In this document: positions 25,901 through 37,777 of the stretch, piece after piece | Layout of the letters: every line of letters begins with the position of its first letter | Position numbering within the stretch: the first letter of the stretch is position 1 | Assembly (NCBI GenBank): GCA_973895155.1 | Contig: OZ316895.1 | Location: forward strand, 18,609,880 to 18,673,879 | Length of the DNA: 64,000 nt | Source: Marsupella aquatica | Taxonomy: Eukaryota > Plantae > Marchantiophyta | Reading direction: 5' to 3' | Position numbers and translations under genes: made by a program | Notes under the pieces: model-generated | Told to the model about the DNA's origin: nothing | The model's database searches: none | Seen by the model: the letters and a program-made list of their open reading frames with translations, nothing else

Positions 25901-26382
25901 TCTATATACTCATGTTTATAACTAATAAGGTTCACATGCAAGTTATAACCATGACTAATGAACACAGAGGGACAGTTCATAAGAAGAGAGAGCACTCGAC
26001 ATTACAATACATAGAAACCTGATGTTCTAACTTTAGAAATATAACACATTGAATACAAGAAATGAACATAGCATGAATGACATCCACATGAAACAAAGCA
26101 TCATATAAGCAGATCCTACATAAAACATTCATAAGAATTAAACACAATCACAATCTTGCTAAAAAATGAAGATCATTTGAATTCCAATGGAATAGTTTAC
26201 AATGTGATCAATGTAATTTAGACAAAACAGGAACTCATAATTGATGACTGTAGGATGAGATAACTGAAAGCACATGCATGATACTATGAATCTCCAAGAG
26301 GACATGATTCTTGTACTGTTTCTTGACATCTAAAATCTACATAACATGACTCACACTACAAACAAATAATGGCATGACATTG

Positions 26383-29300
26383 TTATGGATCCTCTATGAA
26401 CTTGCTTGGCCATAATACCAAAGAACCTGCAGCATCTCCAAGTGTCTTTTGAGGAGGATCATCATTTGTGTTTGGAATGGGAAGGACAGCTTTAGGTTTC
26501 ACTAGTAATGTGACTAACACTACTGAATAACCTGGGGGAATCCTCTTGCCATGGAACGTTGTGGAACCAACCTGCACTCTGGCAAATCCTACTCGTGTTC
26601 CACTCTCATCAACAGCTAACAAGCCACTTTGTCCCTCAGCATTAGGTGCTTTCCCCACTTCCACCTTAGATCTTTCTGCCAGCACTGTTCTTGGAGGTTT
26701 GTATGAAACCTTTGACGTGGCTCTGCTCCCACCAGCAGACTTGCTTCGTGTGCGCATGCTTCCTCTCTTCACAGTAGTGAAGCTAGGCTCAGTAGGTTCC
26801 TCTGTTAGGACTGTCACAGTAGCAGGTTCATCACCTGGGAGTGTCATACCAACTAACTCTTTGGTTGGATTTATCTCAACAAGAGGCACACCTGTCATTG
26901 AGAATGATACATTCTGCAAATCATTTATCTCTGCAATGGAGTCAAGATCTACATAGCATGAATCTGGCTCAATGGTATCATTGTCATGCTTGCTGATATC
27001 CTCATTTGCCCCAACATTGATATCATCCACTCCCTTGCCAATGTCATCCTCATCCAAACATGGTTGACTGCCCTCTGTCAAACAAGTTGCTTGTACAGAC
27101 TGCAACTTTGTTGCCTCTAAATTACAGCGAGTATTTGCCAGGTTCTCATACTTCTTCTTTGTAGCACCTGTCTTATTCTCTATGGACACAACAACCACAA
27201 TATATGTTACTGAAAATAACACATTCAACAAACAATGTCAATTCAAACTATACATTTAATAATCATATCCCACACAGTTGTAAAGGCCTTACCTTCAAGC
27301 CTACATGTCGTTGGCATGCCAGAAGAGTGCATCGACTTTGCCACCTCAAGTGGTGATGGTGGAACTCCTGCAGAATTGGAATCAATTTTATCTCTCACCG
27401 ACACAACAGCTTCCATTAATGTCTTGAAGTTCACATGGAACAAGTCAGTCAATGAATTCAAACGTTCATTGATCTCTGGAAGACATGTTTCGACAGCCTT
27501 CAAACGACCACTTATCTCTGTAAGTGAAGATCCACCTCCCTACATGACACAGGGGTATAGGTTCAATCACTCCATATGAAATGTTGGGCAATATATGCAC
27601 AATCAATGTTATATACAGTGTACACCTGAAATTCAACGCAGGTCATTCAATTACCAATCAGAACTCATATAACTTACATGCTTGGAGGATTCAGATGCAC
27701 CCTCTTGAGCCCGGGTGTTCACAATTTCAGCCCTCAACTCTTCTTTTGAAGGGCTTTGCCCCAATTGGGCTTTCTGCACATGCATGGCAAACACAAGTTA
27801 TCGATCAATATTCAGGGAACGTACACTAAAAAACAAAGTTTACATGTAGGGACAGTACACTAAAAAATAGTACATAGTGTAGCATAAATTACATAGCTAG
27901 GCCATTCATTCTTACCAAACGTTTAGCTGTCGGTGCAGTGCCGGTCCTTCCTGTCAGATTAGGGTTCTGAACACTCAACCTGGCCTCGGTCATCTGTGAA
28001 CTCTTCTTTTTTGAAGCATCTGTTACAAAATAAGCTACTAACCTTGCCCACACTTTATCATCACAACTGGCTGGTGGAGGCATATCTGGCTTCTCCCCAC
28101 CTTCCTTCCAAGCCTTATGCATTCTCCACCTCTCTTGCTTGATAATTTTACCTGCTGTACTCTCTAGGCAACCTATGTCCACGCCATCATCACTGCCCAC
28201 ATAATTCCATTTGGCAGCAACATTTTCACATACAGTCTTCCAATCTTTTGGATGCTGTTTTTTAAAATTAATAACACTCACATCTAACCAACGCAATACT
28301 TCAGCTTTCAAATCAGCATGCCATCGGTTCTTGCGAGGACACTCAGCATCCACCCATTGTCTCTCATTCAACTTTACGTTCCCTTTCTTTGTCACCTCCC
28401 CTCGTGCACTGCTCTCGGTAGTACTGGGCGTTGTATTGGCCACCCCTTCATTCACCCTACCTGGGGTTCTGAAGCCACCTGGGAAAATACAATGCCATTC
28501 ATGCTTGAGAACTACATATAGCAGAATGGATGACGACAACATTCAATGCTTCACTTCAAGAAAAATTCTTCAAACATACATACCTGTAGCTCTGCCTGTA
28601 GATGCCTGTGCAGGGACTGCACTCTGAAATTGTTGCGACCCTGGACCACCTGTCCAGCCTAGTACAGGGGCCGGATGATGTCACTTTCTAGGTATGTGTG
28701 TGCAAACATATGTACTGAAAACTAAGTACAAACTGTAGGAAAACAACTGAACATTCACCGACATACCTGTCCCCCTTCCGTGCTGCATCTGCATAGGGGC
28801 ATTAGTGAATACTTGAGTCGATGGTTCGACTGTCCAACCTGCACACATACATTTTCTATCATTATACATGTGCAGAGTCCCCCCCACGTGAATGGACTCC
28901 ACATATAATGAGTTCTTCCATTGCTGACAAGATCAGACATTACCTGCTCCTCTTCCAGCGTTTGTAGGTACTGAATTTTGATATCCCTGCCAATTACCTT
29001 CACCACCTTCCCAACCTTGTTCATTCCACGACCCACCACCATCCTCCCAACCTGGTTCAACCCATGTCTGTCCTTGTGGACATTGGAACTGATCATTACT
29101 AGCATTTGCCCAATCAGGTTGGGCAGAATCTGCATGCAATGGCAGGTGGACAGAATTTCATGTTGTCTGAATCCAATACATCCCAAACAATGTCAAAAAT
29201 TGATATGCAGTCTGAAATTCAGGAGTGCCATGCCTTCACAAAGAACTGGCATATAGATATATACTCACATCCCCACGGTTGAGGTGGACGTCCATACCCA

Positions 29301-30174
29301 CGAGATTGTGGGTTTGGACCTGCTCTGCCTCTACCACGGGCATAACCTAGAGCTTGCCCCCTGCCATAGTATTGGGCACCAGCCTGGGATCTACCACTAC
29401 TACCACCTCGCCAACCTTGATCAGAGGTCAGCCCCCCCTGCTGGTATGGTGCATGCACAGGCTTCGAAGGCAAAACAGAACTGGCAGGACGCTGCATCAC
29501 ATCACCAACTACAATGTCAGGAACTAAGCAAGGTACATATGTGTAGTACTGAACATATGAAACCTCTAAACAAGAGTTTTTAACTCAAAACCTTGTTGGG
29601 AAAACTACTTACATGTTTCTTTTGGGGCTGCTCTGCAATGTATTCATCTTCATAACCCCCATCCTCATCCATTTCCTCTGGAAAATACTCATCATCTGCA
29701 TCTTCTTGTCTAGTGTCTGCACCCACCTGTGCAGCATCAATGTCATCTCCACATTCTGCCATTGTAGGTACGACCTTCTTGCTCAACCTGTCACTCCGAC
29801 GCACAGGCCCAGAGATAGTGCTGGTCACCCTTCTTGCGTACTCCTTTTGTTTCTTTGAAAATGCTGTGGCTCTGCGACATTCCAATATGAGAATACAGTC
29901 ACAATTTCAGTGCCACATTGAACTATTCATGTCACACAAACTCAGCGGAGGGGTGTAGTTGAGAATCGTTCCCTTACAATTCAGCCACATCCTTTTCCAG
30001 ATCCAGTTCTGCGATTTTGGCTTTCACGTATGCTCGTTGTTCCATAGCTTTCCTTTCATACTCACACATCTCTGTGTCACTCTGTTCCATCCTACTGGAC
30101 CACAAAAACATGTCATCTATGGTCACCCCGTATAACACAATGCAACCACAATCACCAGGCATCCATCCATACAT
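26383..30174 (-). CDS. CACTA TnpA/ORF2-like multi-exon gene (exon boundaries approximate)
   Basis: Exon-like ORFs 30174-29974, 29885-29580, 29500-29219, 29139-28933, 28542-27889 (W..L..YF...SSQMTEAR...TGRTG, Ptta/En/Spm-like), 27503-27243 and 27231-26383 (FHGKRIPPGYSVV...LPIP...TLGDAAGSLVLWP, TnpA-type C-terminus); GT/AG sites flank them. Confidence 0.75.
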
Positions 30175-30246
30175 CTGTGTTGCTTCAGAATTACTTTATT
30201 ACACATCCTTCCCCTCACTAATGTCTATGCAAACAATTCACATTAC

Positions 30247-33200
30247 TCATGGCACAGGCACACTGTTGGCATCTGCATCTCTGAATTCGCCTCCTTCAGC
30301 AAATGCATCTACCCTTGTCACAGGAATGAAGTCCCCGCTATCATGAACTACAGGCACTTGGTCTGAACGCCGACGATCAAAGGCACTATGAGAGTGTAAA
30401 TGAAACTCAAGGTTTGATCCTTCCATCCGGCGTTGCCTGGCCTGTTTATGACACACTACACGCCAACCTGGGGAGTCTTCCACATCCAGGAAGAAAGCTT
30501 GCTCCACCTGACTAGGAAACACAAATGGCTCAGACCATTCGGGCAATTTCCCTCTGAAATTGGCCAGCAAGAAACCGTCGTTGTCTCTCTTCATGGTAGC
30601 CCTGTTACCAAGCCAATCCTGCCGCACCCATGAACCTTTCATAAGAATCACAGGACTGGACACCGCCCCATAGTCCAGAGCCCATATGTCAACTAATTCT
30701 CCCACATATCCCATCTCCATCCAGGCCCTGTCGTGATTGTGGCTCTGTTGCTCAAATACAGTGATGAGCCCGCAGTCATTCGTCACCCTGTAGGCACTGT
30801 CACCATCCTTCACTCGGAAGTGATTCCCATATGCTCTCATCCGTTTGTAAGTCTTCACTTTCAGGCTAGGGGCATTAGACAGTAGGTAAACATCTGCATC
30901 CATGTCTGGGTGGGTCTCGTGATGCTCTCTAATTGCCACTCTGATCCACTCCATGAAACCTGGAAAAGTTGTTCCTGCAGTGGGATGGGCCGCCTTCAAT
31001 GACTCATACTCCCTGAACGAACAACCACACAGCATTAGCTTGGGTAAACATGAACAGGCTGAAGGAGAAAACCACACGAACACAACATTTAAGCTCATGA
31101 ACTGGATTATAGCACATGTATGCACTCACTGTATCCAGGGTTCCATCACCACAGTGTTGTGCAATACAAAGTCATGTGCCAAGTCTCTCATAGATATGGT
31201 CAGGTTCTTTGTGGTTGCAGCCCCTTCCAGTACTTCACCTACCACCCCTTCCTCCTCATCAGAATTCCACACCCTGGTCTTCACATGCTCATATTGTGCT
31301 ATGTATTCGGTCAGAAATCCCAGAGTCTCATCCTTGATGTAACCTTTAGCCATGCTTGCTTCAGGTTTGTAATATGTTCTCACGTGACCTTTGAGTAGCT
31401 TCATGTACCGTTCCAAAGGGTACAACCAACGAGCACTCACAGGCCCAAATTGGTGTAGCTCTTCCACAACATGGACAAGTAGGTGGGTCATGACATCAAA
31501 AAATGCGGGAGGAAAATAAATCTCCAGGTCACACAGCACCTGAGCGACATCTTCTGTCAGTTGTGGGAAGTGTGTTTCATCCCAAACCTTCACACAAATA
31601 CGACGAAACACATCACTGAGTCGCATGATCACAGTACGAACAGGCTTCTGCAACAGGCCCCTCAGGCATAAAGGCAACACCTGTTGCATCAACATATGGT
31701 AGTCATGGCTTTTCATACTACCAAGCTTTCTAGTCATGATATGCTTCTTGAAAGCACTGCCATAGTTTGAAGGAACCTTCAAAGAACTCAACCTCTGCAC
31801 AAATAGTTCCCACTCTGTGTCTGTCAGAACATAGGGCGCTTGGTACTTCAAGAGCACATCAGCTCTGTGGGCATGTGGCCTCAACCAAAGATGGGGTTTC
31901 ATTCCCCTCTGTTCAAGATCCAATCTCACTGAACCAGTGTCTTTCTCTCCACACAAGAATCTGAGTAGACTCTCACAAATATTCTTTTCAATGTGCATAA
32001 CATCAATGTTATGTTTGCTTGGCTCAAACTCCTGCATCGTTGCAATGCAAAAGCGTCAGGAAATGCCTCAAGTTTAGTCTCTCTCTTCGAAATGAATGCA
32101 CATGCTCTGAACCAAAACATGTATCCCAATTAGCATCAACTCCAAGAGGCTTACCCTCCAGTACTTGAGCTCCAAGTCCAATATGCTCAGTCTTTTTACA
32201 CCATATCGCTTTATTGGATCACTCACTCCATCTTCCCTGCCCCCTCGTTTGATATAGTCATCCCTCAGTGCTCCCCACTGCCTGATCTCCTCTTTGGTCA
32301 CTCGTGCCGGGGGTCCACGTTGCTCAATCTCATTGCCAAAGTGTGCAATCAGTGCCTGTCTTTCTCTGTAAGGGTGATCTGTCTTCAGAAAACGACGATG
32401 GCCCATGTATATCACTTTCTGCAGGGCTCTGGAGTACTCACTGGTGACATTGCGCCCACAGATAGTACAAGCACAATATCCTTTTGTTGTTTGGCCTGAT
32501 ATCATCCCATGGGCTGGGTAGTCAGCTATAGTCAGAATGACAATGGCTCTAAGGATGAATGGGTTTAACCTCCCAAGCCTCTGTAGGACATCATATGTGA
32601 GAACTCCTTCCTCCCAAAGCTTTCTCAATTCCTCCACTAGGGGAGCCAGAAACACATCTATGTTGGCAGATACAGCACTGTCTGGCCCTGGTATCAGTAG
32701 GACCATCAGAACAAAAAATCGCTTTGTAGTCATCCAAGGAGGAAGGTTATAATTCAAAATAGTTACAGGCCAGCATGAAAATTTGTTGTTCTTGTCTCCA
32801 AATGGGTTTACCCCATCCAATGACAGCCCAAGTCTGACATTCCTCGGCTCAGCAGCAAATTCGGGATACATCTCATCTATGAGTTTCCATTGCCTTGAAT
32901 CTGCAGCATGTCGTTGTAGCCCATCATCACTTTTCTTGTCAGTTGCCCAAGTCATCATCTCCGAGATGGCACGGCTTCTGAACATCCGCTGAAGTCTGGG
33001 AATGAGTGGAAAATGACGAAGTACCTTGGCGGGAACCATAGACTTTCCTGAGTTCCGATACCTGTGCTTCCCACACTTAGGGCATGTCAACGATTCTTTA
33101 TACTCCTTTCTGAAAAGAACATGCCCATCAGGACAGGCATGGATCGAATCATAGTTCAATCCAAGATTAGATATGCATCTTTTTGCCTCGTACATGTTCT

Positions 33201-33978
33201 TGGGCAAAATATTACCATCTGGTAGCACAGTTGTTCGCAAGAATGCCAACAACTCAGAAACCAAAACGTTGGGGACATTGTGGTTGCCGCAAATGTTCAG
33301 GAACATGATGACAAATCCCAGTTTAGAACATTTGCTACCGGGGTACAAAGACTTCCTGCCTTCCTGTATTTGCAGGGGAGAGCCAAACATCCCATCATGC
33401 CCAGGGGTTTCCTGCCCTATCTCAAACTCATCAAGAGGCTCTTCGACAGGGGGCACACTTGCATCTGCAGCCGTATCCTCTTCATTGTCCAGCCCATCAT
33501 GAAATGCATCCAAGTCTTGGAAGATGTCTCTCACCATCTCTTCCACATGAATTCCTTCGTCACGTGGTGCTGCCTGAGCACCATCCCGTTGGAGAGCTGA
33601 CAACCCACAGAGACCAGCTACAACATTTTCAAATGCACCAGGCAGAACCTCACTTGCCCGTCTTGCAGCATTGGCAGCATCAAATTCTAACCTCCACTCC
33701 TCGTCGGAAGAATCTTCCTCTGCAGGATCATTCCAAACTCGATGTCGTGGATCTCTTCCATGAACCGCGATATGCCGCCAAACCTCATTCAGACCCCTGG
33801 TACGGGATCCTTGGCAGATTGCACAAGGACATCTCATCCTACTGGCTCCTGAAAGTCTGGTTCGTAACCTTTCACGCTGCCAAAGCTTATTATCATGGCG
33901 TGATATCCTTGTGGGATGATGCAAAGGCAGTGCCTGTGCCCTGGGCTGGGTCTGGGGAGGGTGGTGACCAGGGTGCAT
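30247..33978 (-). CDS. CACTA transposase TnpD/Tnp2 (three exons; introns about 32154-32032 and 31129-31013)
   Basis: CPC..C transposase-associated motif, IHACP, RNVRLGLSLDGVNPF, YNLPPW, DYPA, DVMHIEKN, KSHDYH, FPPAFFDVMTHLLVH, WLYPLER and EPFVFPSQVEQAF; the predicted GT-AG introns restore one frame. Confidence 0.95.
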
Positions 33979-34411
33979 TGTAACAGGCTGGGAGCTCTGC
34001 AGTCATGGACAGCAGTGAACAAGGATGCCTAATGGTGGTATTTGTGTTCCATATATCCCTGACTGTATCTGCCAAAAGAGTTAACATAACGTGTACTAAA
34101 TTCTCACAAACCCTAAACCACCCCAAAAGAAAAAAACAGGTTCGCAAGTAGTGTACCTATTGTCAAGTGAATGACACAAAATTTCTAAATGTTGGAGGGT
34201 GTCACCACCTCCTCCGCTGTCCTCAAATGTACCGCCTCTGCATGTACGTTTACAGTGACACCCCCAGGCAGTAGGAAACAACAATCCGCCAACAGTAAAA
34301 TAAGCCCAACTGCCACCAACCATAACAAGGTACATTAGTTCAAAGATCACATTTATTTCAATGATCTGATTTATACAAAAAAACTTGTGTCCAAACTGAT
34401 GCTACTACTCC

Positions 34412-35290
34412 TCACTCTGATTCAGAATCGCTAATGACCCATTCCTCACTTGTTGTCTCATAGTCCTCTCTGTAAGGATCCTGACCCTTCCGTGGCCAGG
34501 CCTCAAAAAGATCATAGTCCATTGGGTTTTGACGCTTCCCAGCTGCTACTGATTCCACAAGCCAAGCATATGAAACCACAAACACATTATGGGACATGAC
34601 ATAAAAGCGAATGTCTCCCTTCCCAAACTTGCGGCAGGCTTTGGGATATGACTTAGTAATGACATGAGTGGTGTCCTCTGTTATATTCTCCTCCACTGTC
34701 CCACCTAGGTCAAGCACTGTGGACTTGTACACTTTGCACTTAACCTCTCCAATTCCCGCCTCCACAAATACCATGCTCAGCCCTTTCAGAATGGGGGTTG
34801 GTTGCTTCGTCTCCTCAGCCAACATACTCTTCAGCCTTGTAGAGCTCTGTCCTTTGTTGAGTACAGGTCCATATTGGAGATCAGCAAGCCGTGCCTTTGC
34901 TTCCCAGACTTCTTGTTCAGCCCAAGCTGATGCAGTAGCTTCTTCATCCTCCCACAACTCATATTGCTCAGTATCCTGTACAATCTTATGTGCTATGGAA
35001 TCTGTGATCCAAGAGGCCTCAACTACTTTTAGGCCTTGCTTAGTAATTGCAGAATTCATGTAGGACCATGACCACTTCTTTATCACTGATAGCCATGTCC
35101 CTGCAACAACATGTGTAGTCTCTGGAGTGATGTCCTGAACTACAGTGCCATGGAGCTCAGAGAATCGTTTCTGTACAGTTGGCCAATGCACTTTGGTCAA
35201 CCCATGCTGGCCATGGACCAAAATCGCTCTGACCCCTGTAAACACTGCTGGGTGGTCACACTTTCTACGTTTACCAGGCTCCATGTACAC
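34412..35290 (-). CDS. Tandem BRCT-domain protein (292 aa), CACTA cargo
   Basis: Two repeats with BRCT hallmarks (F/L.G..., GG/HG-TV...TTHVV/I, VV..W..DS/ES...Y.L); basic N-terminus KRRK; intact, intronless ORF. Confidence 0.85.
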   Translation of the reverse strand: MYMEPGKRRKCDHPAVFTGVRAILVHGQHGLTKVHWPTVQKRFSELHGTVVQDITPETTHVVAGTWLSVIKKWSWSYMNSAITKQGLKVVEASWITDSIAHKIVQDTEQYELWEDEEATASAWAEQEVWEAKARLADLQYGPVLNKGQSSTRLKSMLAEETKQPTPILKGLSMVFVEAGIGEVKCKVYKSTVLDLGGTVEENITEDTTHVITKSYPKACRKFGKGDIRFYVMSHNVFVVSYAWLVESVAAGKRQNPMDYDLFEAWPRKGQDPYREDYETTSEEWVISDSESE

Positions 35291-35876
35291 ACACCCTACG
35301 TGATGACAGTGAATTTTGGAAGAATGGGTTCACCTGACAATACAAGGACAACAAAATTCCTGCTTTTTGAGTTGATCTGGCCCACTGGTGCTCAGGTCCG
35401 ATTTTGATAGGTACAAGGGATATGTGAACAATACGTACTAGGCACCTGCACGGATGCAGGACATTGTTTGAATATATACTACAAAATCCATATCCGTGGT
35501 GAAATGAAGTGCAACCAACTTGTCATGGCACATACATATTTTGTTGTAAAGGAGGATACATTCAATGACAAACTTATAGGGCAATTTGATTAATTGCATG
35601 CCTGATAATTTATACGCTTACAACTTAGAAGTCCTGTTTTAATTTAGCAGTGTGATGAAAGTGTTTATGAAAATGACCACTCAGCCTAAATACTTCCAAG
35701 AAGGCTTGTAAGGATAAGTTTGTATAGGCATGTACCCAGCCACTGACGCCAGAGCACAAGATAAGTGCTGCCTATATAAACTCGCCTACCCAACTCCTTT
35801 TCAAAATTGGAATCTCTGCAATCTCAAAAAATAGTACATCCACATCAGGTGCACTGTGCATGTACAATGTTCAGCT

Positions 35877-36557
35877 TCACAGCCAAGATATGTGATCTCT
35901 CACAGGAGTGCGCGAGGTAGGATCAATGGCATGGCGATGACAATAAAATATCCATCGATCAACACCATGTGCAGAGTGATCATAGATTTCTCTGTCACAA
36001 GCATAACCCTCTGCTTGATGATCTTTCAGACAATGATAGTGCCACATAGTGGGACACCTAGCACAGTGGACTATGTCAGTCCAGTAGTCATCATCATGCT
36101 CACCACATGCCTTGCACCTATGAAGTGGGCAAGCTGTGGCATGAGCAGGCAAACACTCAAAACAGAAAAATCTCACACAAAAACGGTCTGGACATTTCCT
36201 AACATTTGCTGCAGCATCAACAGAGCCCTCATAGGACCCCAACTTCCCACACTGTGCACACTTAGCCTGCTTCTCCAAACAATCAGTGCACATCCAGTCT
36301 CCCTGGTGTGTTGACGGGAGGCCCACCCCTGGACAGTTGTTTTCTGCAGCAAGGTCAGACTCCGGGTTGAGGTGGAAATGCCTCATGCAAGGGCCCTCAC
36401 AAATGACCAGGCCCCCACCATCGTCACAAATGGCACAACAATGAGCTGCCTTCTGGAAAATCTGACTTGCAGAGAAGTTAGTAGCATCTGCCCCAAGTAC
36501 ACCTGTGTTTCTCACCTCTGTCACACGCTTTTTGGCTTGAATTTTAGGCCGTGCCAT
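35877..36557 (-). CDS. EDM2-like PHD finger cluster protein (226 aa), CACTA cargo
   Basis: CAICDDGG...CEGPCMRHFH...C..C.....C..CGKLGS...CPLHRC..C...C.RCP..WH..CL...YC..H.ID....TPVRDH matches the PHD region of plant EDM2 as recalled; no other EDM2 domains. Confidence 0.88.
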   Translation of the reverse strand: MARPKIQAKKRVTEVRNTGVLGADATNFSASQIFQKAAHCCAICDDGGGLVICEGPCMRHFHLNPESDLAAENNCPGVGLPSTHQGDWMCTDCLEKQAKCAQCGKLGSYEGSVDAAANVRKCPDRFCVRFFCFECLPAHATACPLHRCKACGEHDDDYWTDIVHCARCPTMWHYHCLKDHQAEGYACDREIYDHSAHGVDRWIFYCHRHAIDPTSRTPVRDHISWL

Positions 36558-36568
36558 GCCTGCGCATG

Positions 36569-36712
36569 AGATAGACTCTACAATTTAGCAGACTGCACAG
36601 AAAGTAATATATATTTAGCATTTAAGGTACAAAGGCATTTAGATAGACTCTACAATTTAGCAGACTGCACAGAAAGTAAAATATATTTAGCATTTAAGGT
36701 ACAAAGGCATTT
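36569..36712. repeat. 72-bp tandem duplication (2 copies, 1 mismatch)
   Basis: AGATAGACTCTACAATTTAGCAG...AAAGGCATTT at 36569-36640 and 36641-36712. Confidence 0.92.
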
Positions 36713-37327
36713 GCTACTGCAATGAATTGGAATGGCCACACAAGGATGCAGAGCACACATACTTTTGGTATGTTGAGCCCACACACAAAACTGATCCCCT
36801 AATACAATTTCTCCACCAACACCTCAATTTTAATTGTGGCTATGATTCACCAAAGGAGATCTGCAACAACATTTCATGCATTTGAATCACATACAATAGT
36901 CGTGACATGTAAAACAGGCATTCTTCGAAGAGGATTGGTATGAAGCAGTGTCATAAGGGTTGAAATTTATACATCCTAAATAGGTTATGATAGTGGCTGA
37001 GACAAATAAGTGAGGCATAAATCATTTTGCATATTATCACATGGCCCATTAATTCATTCAACGTTGCAATGTTCACCAGGTTAAAGCAGTCATGAAAGCA
37101 GTCTTTCAATAGAGACTTTTATGCGAGTTTGCTAGCCTCTTAAATTAGGATATTTTGCTTAGTGCAGGCATAATAGGATATAAGTTATATACTGTTGACC
37201 CTAAACCCTGGACCCAAAATTGCTCATACATCAAAATTTTAAGTAAATATCCTCTGTGTTGAAGTCAGAGTGTTAAGCTATAGGTCAATGGTATCTGGTC
37301 TGTGCATGCGGTGTGACAAGTGGTCCT

Positions 37328-37777
37328 CTAGAGCATGTGATCCAAACATGTGTAGACACCAAAGTCACCGGTGGTGGGGTCTGGGAGGGCAGGACAAGTG
37401 ACATCACCAGGCACACTGCAGGATGGCGAGTGGTTCCAAATGATACATTGTGCTCTATGCAAAAATCGGCATCCAAGAGAACGGTCATCCAATTCTGGGC
37501 CAGAAGCCCTACAGGCAGGACAGTCATATTGGCAACTGTGTACACACCCTTGGCACCTAATTTGTGGCGGGTCATGTACAAGAGACACAAATACCAAGGA
37601 TGTCGGGAAGGGTACTGAAGCAAGTAGAGGCCGGCTGTAGTTGTTCCTGGAAACAACAGGGTACTCAAAGTACCATGCAGACTGGGCTGGAAGGATCCCA
37701 AGTCTGACATACTCAAGGCGCAACATCTCTGCCTTGCGTGCAAGTCGCACATGTTCAGCGTTGCGGGTCCTCACCAT
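37328..37777 (-). CDS. Hypothetical Cys/His-rich protein (149 aa), possible CACTA cargo
   Basis: ATG-initiated open frame in a GC-richer island, co-oriented with the other cargo ORFs; CQGC-x3-C-x3-CPAC cluster; no family recognised. Confidence 0.4.
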   Translation of the reverse strand: MVRTRNAEHVRLARKAEMLRLEYVRLGILPAQSAWYFEYPVVSRNNYSRPLLASVPFPTSLVFVSLVHDPPQIRCQGCVHSCQYDCPACRASGPELDDRSLGCRFLHRAQCIIWNHSPSCSVPGDVTCPALPDPTTGDFGVYTCLDHML

